Sequence record: DRR723986_5306
Length of the DNA stretch: 64,000 nucleotides
Reading direction: 5' to 3' (one strand)
The notes beneath the pieces are model-generated. The model had not been told where the DNA came from. It worked only from the letters and a program-made list of their open reading frames with translations, and did no database searches. This document shows positions 38,720-45,529 of this stretch, in pieces (the stretch's first letter is position 1; every line of letters begins with the position of its first letter). A program made the position numbers and the translations under genes.

Positions 38720-38829
38720 CCGCTAGCAGCGGCATTAGGCGATTCGCCCGAGCACCAGCAAATGTGCTCGGAAGGTATGTGTTTCGGCATCTAGGCGTTC
38801 ACATTGAGCGTTTCCGGTGGGCAGCCGGA
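38691..38829 (+). ncRNA. Structured cis-regulatory leader upstream of ilvI (possibly ilvB-OMG-like motif)
   Basis: Consecutive stems 38691-38711, 38719-38733, 38748-38771, about 38796-38810 and 38813-38829 within a long 5' region. Confidence 0.5.
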
Positions 38830-38876
38830 GGCGTGGCGACGGAATTTAAGTTTCAAACTGAAGCGAGGGTCTTTCA

Positions 38877-40625
38877 GTGGAGTTGTTATCTGGCGGCGAA
38901 ATGATCGCACGTGCTTTGGAAGACGAAGGTGTTGAGTTCATCTTCGGCTATCCCGGCGGTGCGGTATTACATATTTACGATGCGCTTTTCAAAAGTTGTA
39001 AGGTGCCGCATATTCTGGTGCGCCATGAGCAGGCGGCCACCCATGCGGCAGACGGTTATGCCCGTGCCACGGGTAAACCCGGTGTGGTGCTGGTGACATC
39101 CGGCCCCGGAGCCACCAATGCCATTACCGGTATTGCCACGGCGTATATGGATTCTATTCCGATGGTGGTACTTTCCGGGCAGGTGATGAGTCACCTGATC
39201 GGTGAGGATGCCTTCCAGGAAACCGACATGCTCGGTATTTCGCGGCCGATTGTGAAGCACAGCTTCCAGGTGACGAAAACCGAAGAAATCCCCGAGATGA
39301 TCAAGAAGGCGTTTTATATCGCCTCCAGCGGTCGCCCCGGGCCGGTGGTGGTTGATCTGCCGAAAGATCTCACCAACCCCCATGACAAGTACGAGTACAA
39401 CTACCCGAAGAAGGTGAAGCTGCGTTCCTACACGCCGGCGAGCCGTGGGCACAGTGGGCAAATTAAAAAGGCGGCGAGCTTGTTGCTGGCGGCCAAGCGT
39501 CCGGTTATTTACGCGGGCGGTGGTGTGGTGCAAGGCAATGCCTCACCGCAGCTGCGCGAGTTGGCCCAGGAGTTGAACTTCCCTGTTACCAATACGCTGA
39601 TGGGCCTTGGTGCCTATCCTGGCAGTGATCGCCAGTTCCTGGGCATGCTCGGGATGCACGGTTTCTATGAAGCCAATAACGCCATGCATCACAGCGATGT
39701 GATTCTGGCGGTGGGCGCGCGCTTTGATGACCGGGTGACGAACACCACGAGTAAGTTCTGCCCAGGTGCCAAGATCATTCACATCGATATCGATCCAGCG
39801 GCGATCTCTAAAACAGTCAACGCCGATGTTCCCATCGTTGGCCCCGTCGATTCGGTGTTAACTGAATTGATTGCGCTGGTGCGTGAGCTTCGTGCCGAGG
39901 AACCGGCGCTGCCGGATCAAGATGCGCTGGGTCACTGGTGGAAGCAGATCGACGAGTGGCGTGACCACCACGGCCTGTGGACGGCGCCGCGCTACGATAC
40001 GACAACGCCCTATATCAAGCCTCAGCAGGTTATCGAGACGTTGTGCAAGGTAACCGGTGGCAAGGCCTTTGTGACTTCGGACGTAGGTCAGCACCAAATG
40101 TTTGCCGCGCAGTACTACAAGTTCGACGAGCCGCGCCGCTGGATCAACTCCGGTGGTTTGGGAACCATGGGCTTTGGCCTGCCAGCCGCGATGGGCGTTA
40201 AGTTAGCCTTCCCGGATGCGGACGTTGCCTGCGTTACCGGTGAGGGCAGTATTCAGATGAATATTCAGGAGCTGTCTACCTGTGCGCAGTACAAGATTCC
40301 CGTGAAAATCTTGAACTTGTACAACGGCTACTTGGGCATGGTTAAGCAGTGGCAGGACATGCAGTACGACGGTCGCTACTCAGAAAGTGTCTATGAAGAC
40401 TCATTGCCAGACTTTATCAAGCTGGCCGAGGCCTACCAGCACTCGGGGGTTAAGGTCACGCAGCTGAGTGATCTGGAAGAGGCGATGAAAGAAGTCTTCG
40501 CGCGCAAGAATGAGTTGGTATTCATGGACATTCATGTCGACCCGCACGAGCACGTGTATCCCATGCACGTGGCCCCGAATGGCTCGATGCGCGACATGTG
40601 GTTGAACAAAACGGAGCGAACCTAA
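38877..40625 (+). CDS. ilvI: Acetolactate synthase large subunit
   Basis: [59 protein letters not shown] motif GEGSIQMN. Confidence 0.96.
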   Translation: MELLSGGEMIARALEDEGVEFIFGYPGGAVLHIYDALFKSCKVPHILVRHEQAATHAADGYARATGKPGVVLVTSGPGATNAITGIATAYMDSIPMVVLSGQVMSHLIGEDAFQETDMLGISRPIVKHSFQVTKTEEIPEMIKKAFYIASSGRPGPVVVDLPKDLTNPHDKYEYNYPKKVKLRSYTPASRGHSGQIKKAASLLLAAKRPVIYAGGGVVQGNASPQLRELAQELNFPVTNTLMGLGAYPGSDRQFLGMLGMHGFYEANNAMHHSDVILAVGARFDDRVTNTTSKFCPGAKIIHIDIDPAAISKTVNADVPIVGPVDSVLTELIALVRELRAEEPALPDQDALGHWWKQIDEWRDHHGLWTAPRYDTTTPYIKPQQVIETLCKVTGGKAFVTSDVGQHQMFAAQYYKFDEPRRWINSGGLGTMGFGLPAAMGVKLAFPDADVACVTGEGSIQMNIQELSTCAQYKIPVKILNLYNGYLGMVKQWQDMQYDGRYSESVYEDSLPDFIKLAEAYQHSGVKVTQLSDLEEAMKEVFARKNELVFMDIHVDPHEHVYPMHVAPNGSMRDMWLNKTERT

Positions 40626-41116
40626 TGCGGCGGATTATTTCAGTACTTATGGAAAATGAGCCCGGCGCACTGTCGCGTGTTGTCGGGCTGTTCTCTCAGC
40701 GCGGCTACAACATCGAAACGCTGAATGTGGCGCCGACTGAAGACCCAACGATGTCGCGGCTAACGCTGACAACGATTGGCGACGATCACAAGATAGAGCA
40801 GATCACCAAGCATCTCAATCGCTTGGTTGATGTGGTGAAGTTGGTCGATTTGTCAGAGGGTGCGCACATTGAGCGCGAGCTGATGTTGGTGAAAGTGCGG
40901 GCGACAGGTGCGCAGCGCGCTGAGATCAAGCGTTGCACTGACATCTTCCGCGGACAGATTGTCGACGTCGGCCCCAGTGTCTACACCATTCAGGTGACCG
41001 GCGCAGCGGACAAACTGGACTCCTTCCTGGAGGCTGTTGGCGAAGCTGCCATTATGGAAGTAGTGCGCAGTGGTGTGTCGGGTATTGCCCGCGGCGAGAA
41101 AGTGTTGAGTTTGTAG
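40625..41116 (+). CDS. ilvH: Acetolactate synthase small regulatory subunit
   Basis: ACT domain ENEPGALSRVVGLFSQRGYNIE, ERELMLVKV. Confidence 0.96.
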   Translation: MRRIISVLMENEPGALSRVVGLFSQRGYNIETLNVAPTEDPTMSRLTLTTIGDDHKIEQITKHLNRLVDVVKLVDLSEGAHIERELMLVKVRATGAQRAEIKRCTDIFRGQIVDVGPSVYTIQVTGAADKLDSFLEAVGEAAIMEVVRSGVSGIARGEKVLSL

Positions 41117-41132
41117 TTGCGACTTGGCCAGT

Positions 41133-41162
41133 AAAAAAGGCGCCCTTGGGCGCCTTTTTTTT
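41133..41162. terminator. Bidirectional intrinsic terminator between ilvH and ksi
   Basis: AAAAAAGGCGCC-CTTG-GGCGCCTTTTTTTT. Confidence 0.88.
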
Positions 41163-41174
41163 CGGTTGGAATGA

Positions 41175-41531
41175 TTAGCTGGCCATATTTTCCGGGCCCC
41201 AGAAGGCGCGCATAGACACGACTTTGCCTTCGGCATTAAATTTGAACACATCAATCACATCGATACTCATGCCTGGCCCCTTCACTTGAAAAGGGAAGGC
41301 CACTTCGCTGCCTGCACAGCGCGGCGTGCCGCTCAGTTGCAATTTAATCCCTGCGCTGAGTGCGCCCTCATAAAATGCCACAATCGCGTCGATACCATTG
41401 TGAATGTCGCTTCCCACGGGGTCTTCGACTGTCGCATCGGCGGCGTAGAGTTCTTTAATAATGTTGATGTCCGCCGTTTCAAAGGCATCGACATAGCGCT
41501 GCACGGCATTCAGTTTATCTTGGACTTCCAT
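41175..41531 (-). CDS. ksi: Steroid delta-isomerase (ketosteroid isomerase, NTF2 fold)
   Basis: VQRYV, ADATVEDPVGS, AFY, IDVIDVFKFN..GKVVSMRA; Y13, Y29, D37, Y54 and D94 align with KSI catalytic residues. Confidence 0.82.
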   Translation of the reverse strand: MEVQDKLNAVQRYVDAFETADINIIKELYAADATVEDPVGSDIHNGIDAIVAFYEGALSAGIKLQLSGTPRCAGSEVAFPFQVKGPGMSIDVIDVFKFNAEGKVVSMRAFWGPENMAS

Positions 41532-41629
41532 AGTGGGCTCCTGTCAGTGATTCGCCCAGTATAATGATGGCCTCTCGGCACCGTAATGACGAATACGGTC
41601 AAGGCATTGCCGATGGCGTGCAGCGTGTT

Positions 41630-42514
41630 TCAGGACAAGTGGCGCGCGATGTATTCAGCCATATAGTCACGCAGGCACTTCGCCTTGGCGCTCAATAGAC
41701 GGCCGCTTGGCCACACCGCAAAGAGCTCCCGCGGCTCCCCCTGCCACTGGCGCAGGACTTGCACCAGCTGCCCGGAGTCGAGCTCGGGTTTCACCTCGCT
41801 GAGCGGCAGCAATGTGATCCCCTGCGCGTCGACAGCCATGTATTTGGCGAAAGTGGTGTCGTTAAACTGAGCGACAAAACGCGGGAGGATCTCCTGGAGG
41901 CTCCCTGTCTCAACGTGGCGCAGTGTCCATTTGCTGGAAATGGTGGTGCCGACTAAGCGGTGGTCTTTCAATTCGCTGGGATGCTGTGGCTCGCCGGCTT
42001 TGTTCAGGTAGCTGGCTGCCGCCACGACTACCTTATCGATCTGCCCCAGTTTCTTTTGATACAGCGACGAGTCAGCTTGAGGGCCGATGCGCAGGGCGAT
42101 ATCTGCCTTGGTTTTAATCATATCCTGCAGCTGGTTGCTCAGTTGCAGCTCGAGCTGAATGTCGGGATAGTCGCGGGTAAAGCCCAGCCACATGGGGCGC
42201 AGTGTGCCGTGAGAAATATTGCTTGGCGCGAGGACTCGCAACTTTCCGCGCAGCTGTTGCATGTCACTGCGCAGCTGCTGACGTGTTTGGTCAAACTGTT
42301 CGATTAATTCGGCGTAGGCGTGGTATAGCGCCTCGCCGTCGACGGTAAGTACGCATTGGCGGGCTGAACGCTGCAGCAATTTATACCCCAGCTGGTATTC
42401 CAATTTTTGCAGTCGGCGGGTCACCGTGGCTGGCGGTAGCCCCAGATGCTTGGCTGCATTGCTGAGGCCGCCCTGCTGAGCGATATGGATAAAAAGTGCG
42501 ATATCGTCATACAT
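41630..42514 (-). CDS. LysR-family transcriptional regulator (CrgA-like)
   Basis: N-terminal HTH (LSNAAKHLGLPPATVTRRLQKLE), GKLRV, DIALRIG; start moved to ATG 42514. Confidence 0.92.
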   Translation of the reverse strand: MYDDIALFIHIAQQGGLSNAAKHLGLPPATVTRRLQKLEYQLGYKLLQRSARQCVLTVDGEALYHAYAELIEQFDQTRQQLRSDMQQLRGKLRVLAPSNISHGTLRPMWLGFTRDYPDIQLELQLSNQLQDMIKTKADIALRIGPQADSSLYQKKLGQIDKVVVAAASYLNKAGEPQHPSELKDHRLVGTTISSKWTLRHVETGSLQEILPRFVAQFNDTTFAKYMAVDAQGITLLPLSEVKPELDSGQLVQVLRQWQGEPRELFAVWPSGRLLSAKAKCLRDYMAEYIARHLS

Positions 42515-42519
42515 ATGTA

Positions 42520-42535
42520 ATTTCAAATATGAAAT
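42520..42535. promoter_or_regulatory. Palindromic LysR-type operator
   Basis: ATTTCA-AATA-TGAAAT containing T-N11-A, 6 nt upstream of the LysR start in an AT-rich divergent region. Confidence 0.6.
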
Positions 42536-42651
42536 ATAAGCTTATTAAGCTTTGTATAGTTCCTTAAATGGTAACTGGCTTATCATAGGCGTTATGTCCT
42601 TGTTGGGCAAAAAAATCTACGCCGAGCAACTGGCTCGCAAAGGAGGACGCC

Positions 42652-42918
42652 GTGATACCGCAACGATACGCTGGCTATGTATTTGCTTTTTTCATGTCTT
42701 TTATCATGTCAGGGGTGATGTCGCTGTTTATTTCCCTGATCAATATTGGCGCGGTCGACGGTATTGTCGGTATTTGGCTGCGCGCCTGGGCGTTGGCATT
42801 TACGGTGGCTTTTCCCACGGTAACGGCGGTGTCACCGTTGGTTCGCCGCCTGGTGGTGATCTGTGTTGAAGCACCAAAGTCTGAGGCGAATCCCGGTGGT
42901 GTGCCGGGGTCAAATTGA
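42652..42918 (+). CDS. DUF2798-like small membrane protein
   Basis: FAFFMSFIMSGVMS...WLRAWALAFTVAFP...PLVRRLV; AAAGGAGG RBS before GTG. Confidence 0.8.
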   Translation: MIPQRYAGYVFAFFMSFIMSGVMSLFISLINIGAVDGIVGIWLRAWALAFTVAFPTVTAVSPLVRRLVVICVEAPKSEANPGGVPGSN

Positions 42919-42957
42919 TAGCGCGGTAGTCGCCGCGCGTGTGGAAGAGGTAGGGAA

Positions 42958-43593
42958 ATGGACGCGGAGTTTTGGCACAAAAAATGGGCGGATAAAGATA
43001 TCGCTTTTCATACGTCGGGGGCGAACCCGATGCTGGAGCGTTATTTCTCTGCCTTGGCCCTGAGCAGAGGAGCGCGTATTTTTCTGCCCCTGTGCGGGAA
43101 AACACGTGATATTGCGTGGCTTCGACAGCAGGGGATGCACGTCGCTGGTGCTGAATTAAGTCGCATTGCCGTCGAAGAATTATTCAGTGAGCTAGGTGAA
43201 ACCCCGGTGATCTCCGAGCTCGGCGAACTCAGCGTCTATGCTGCCCCCGGGTTGGATATCTACCTGGGTGACATCTTTGCGTTAACGGCGCCTTTACTTG
43301 GGGCGGTTGATGCCATTTATGATCGAGCCGCACTGGTCGCTCTGCCAGCAGAAATGCGCGAGAACTATACACAGCATCTCATTCAAATGACCGATGCGGC
43401 CCCGCAGTTATTGGTGAATTATGACTACCAGCAAAGCGCGATGCCGGGGCCGCCATTCGCCATTAGTGACGACGAGCTAAACAGGCACTACGCGCAGCGC
43501 TATACCCTTGAGTCATTGCACTGCGAGTCGGTGCCTGGGGGACTCAAGGGGCAGTGCCCCGCACAGGAGAAAGTCTGGCTGTTGACTCCCTGA
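42958..43593 (+). CDS. tpm: Thiopurine S-methyltransferase
   Basis: FWHKKW..IAFH, IFLPLCGKTRD, GAELSRIAV, GDIFAL, YDRAALVALP, GPPF. Confidence 0.92.
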   Translation: MDAEFWHKKWADKDIAFHTSGANPMLERYFSALALSRGARIFLPLCGKTRDIAWLRQQGMHVAGAELSRIAVEELFSELGETPVISELGELSVYAAPGLDIYLGDIFALTAPLLGAVDAIYDRAALVALPAEMRENYTQHLIQMTDAAPQLLVNYDYQQSAMPGPPFAISDDELNRHYAQRYTLESLHCESVPGGLKGQCPAQEKVWLLTP

Positions 43594-43635
43594 GGTTGGG
43601 GCGGATGGTAAACGCTGCAACCAGAGGATAATGTT

Positions 43636-44703
43636 ATGGCCGGCATGCGCCAGCAACGGGTCGAGGTTAACGGGATTCACTTACACATTCGGTGTCAGGG
43701 AGAAGGCCCCTGGGTTGTGCTTTGCCATGGGTATCCCGGTCATTGGTCAAACTGGCGCAGCCAAATGCAGGTTCTGGCCGACGCTGGTTATACCGCTGTG
43801 GTGCCCGATATGCGCGGCTACGGTCAGAGCAGCCGCCCAGATGATGTCTCGGCCTATAACATGAACCAGCAAATTGGCGATATGTGCGGCTTGCTGGATG
43901 CGTTTGGTATTCAACACGCGGTGTTTGTCGGGCAGGATTTTGGTGCATCACTGGTGTGGAATCTCGCCCTCCGGCAGCCCGAGCGCGTGCGGGCTGTGGT
44001 TGGTATTAGCGTGCCCTTTGATCACGATTATTACGGCCGCAGCTGTATGGGGCATTTGCCTGACGCACAACTGCAGGCGCTCAATGCCGACTCCCTGCTG
44101 GTGGCATCGCCACTACATACGCCCAGTGTGGGTTTTGCTGCAATTGCAGAGCAGCAATTTTTACACGCGCAGTATTTCCAGCGCCCCGGTGTGGCCGATC
44201 GCGAGCTCGGCCATAATGCCAGCGAATTTTTACGTCGCATATACTGGGCGTTAAGCGCCGAGGGCAGCCTCGGCGATTGGGCGAGCTTCCCCTCCCAGGG
44301 CACCGCGTATCTGGATGTGCTGCCACCGGCGCCGAGCTTGCCGTGGCTGTGGATGAGTGAGGACGATATGGCGGTCATCGTCGACGATTATTTGCGCGCC
44401 GGTGCCGATAACGCCTTCAGCGGTGCCTTGGCCAGCTACCGGGTGGCCGACGAAAATTGGCACATCGGCGCGGCCTACGCTGCGCAGAATATTACCTTAC
44501 CTGCACTTTTTATTGCCGGTGAAGCCGACCCTGTGGTGGCCTCGTTAGATGATGAGATGGTCGCGAGAATGCGTCAGCGTATTCCCGATTTGCAGCCACT
44601 CGTTCTGGTGCCGGATGCCGGTCACTTCGTCCAATTGGAAAAGCCAGAGCCAGTAAACAGCGCCATTAGCGCGTTTTTAACCTTGCTCGAGGCAGGGGCG
44701 TGA
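43636..44703 (+). CDS. Alpha/beta hydrolase, epoxide hydrolase family
   Basis: HGYP oxyanion motif, PDMRGYGQS, nucleophile GQDFGA, GEADPV, AGHFVQLE. Confidence 0.85.
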   Translation: MAGMRQQRVEVNGIHLHIRCQGEGPWVVLCHGYPGHWSNWRSQMQVLADAGYTAVVPDMRGYGQSSRPDDVSAYNMNQQIGDMCGLLDAFGIQHAVFVGQDFGASLVWNLALRQPERVRAVVGISVPFDHDYYGRSCMGHLPDAQLQALNADSLLVASPLHTPSVGFAAIAEQQFLHAQYFQRPGVADRELGHNASEFLRRIYWALSAEGSLGDWASFPSQGTAYLDVLPPAPSLPWLWMSEDDMAVIVDDYLRAGADNAFSGALASYRVADENWHIGAAYAAQNITLPALFIAGEADPVVASLDDEMVARMRQRIPDLQPLVLVPDAGHFVQLEKPEPVNSAISAFLTLLEAGA

Positions 44704-44707
44704 GCCA

Positions 44708-44735
44708 CTTGAAATCCGGTTTTTCGTCCCGATAA
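44708..44735 (+). promoter_or_regulatory. Putative sigma32 promoter of trxC
   Basis: CTTGAAA-13 nt-CCCGATAA, same architecture as the clpB promoter. Confidence 0.65.
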
Positions 44736-44764
44736 CTACCGTTGTGGATGAAAGAGGAATTGTC

Positions 44765-45208
44765 GTGACGGCGAGCCAACAACTGCCATGCCCTGCGTGC
44801 GGGGCGATCAATCGTATACCCGACAGTCGTTTAGATGACGGCCCGGTATGCGGAAAATGCCGGGCGCCATTATTAGATGGACAGGTCGTCACGGCGGACA
44901 GTGCAACCCTGCAGCGCTTTCGACAGCACAGTAGCCAGCCGGTAGTTGTGGATTTTTGGGCGCCGTGGTGCGGCCCCTGCAAAAGTTTCGCGCCGGTGTA
45001 TAGCAGCGTTTCCGCAGAAGAAGCGACGCGTGCGCGCTTTCTGAAGGTGGATACACAGGCCCAGCCACAGGCAGCGGCAGCCTATCAAATTCGCTCCATT
45101 CCCACGTTGGTCGTGTTTCACCAGGGGCGAGAAGTCGCTCGCCTGTCAGGCGCTTTGCCGAAGGCGCAATTTCAGCAGTGGCTGCGCCAGCATGTGCCCG
45201 CGGCGTAG
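44765..45208 (+). CDS. trxC: Thioredoxin 2 (Zn-finger thioredoxin)
   Basis: CPAC...NR...CGKC Zn site, VDFWAPWCGPC, IRSIPTL; AGAGGA RBS before GTG 44765. Confidence 0.93.
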   Translation: MTASQQLPCPACGAINRIPDSRLDDGPVCGKCRAPLLDGQVVTADSATLQRFRQHSSQPVVVDFWAPWCGPCKSFAPVYSSVSAEEATRARFLKVDTQAQPQAAAAYQIRSIPTLVVFHQGREVARLSGALPKAQFQQWLRQHVPAA

Positions 45209-45235
45209 CGTGGGCGAGGACTTTTTCGCGGCAGA

Positions 45236-45505
45236 TCAGTGGGCGCTAAAGGCCTGCACGCAGTAGCCCTTGTTAATGGCCTCTTGAACTTGCGGGTCCT
45301 TCTCCAAGGCGGCGTCGACCTTAATCTGCCTGCGCTTAAGCACCTTTACGTCGCGAAAGCCCTCGCGCATCACAAATAGGGTTGCGAGCTGCTCTGCGCC
45401 AAACAGGTCTTTAAAGTCGATGTAGACGATAAAGGGCACTTCCTCGTCTTTTTTAAACTCACCTTGGTCCTTGCGTGAGCTGGCGTTCATGGAAAAAAGA
45501 AACAT
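45236..45505 (-). CDS. Hypothetical protein, 89 aa
   Basis: Strong AGGAGAG RBS, 24 nt downstream of rapA on the same strand, protein-like composition; no family recognised. Confidence 0.7.
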   Translation of the reverse strand: MFLFSMNASSRKDQGEFKKDEEVPFIVYIDFKDLFGAEQLATLFVMREGFRDVKVLKRRQIKVDAALEKDPQVQEAINKGYCVQAFSAH

Positions 45506-45529
45506 CGGCGCTCTCCTGTCGGTGGCAAC

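Noticed and set aside
42552-42869. 105-aa ORF overlapping the DUF2798 gene
   Set aside because: The 42652 frame has the strong RBS and family pattern; this one starts in the AT-rich promoter
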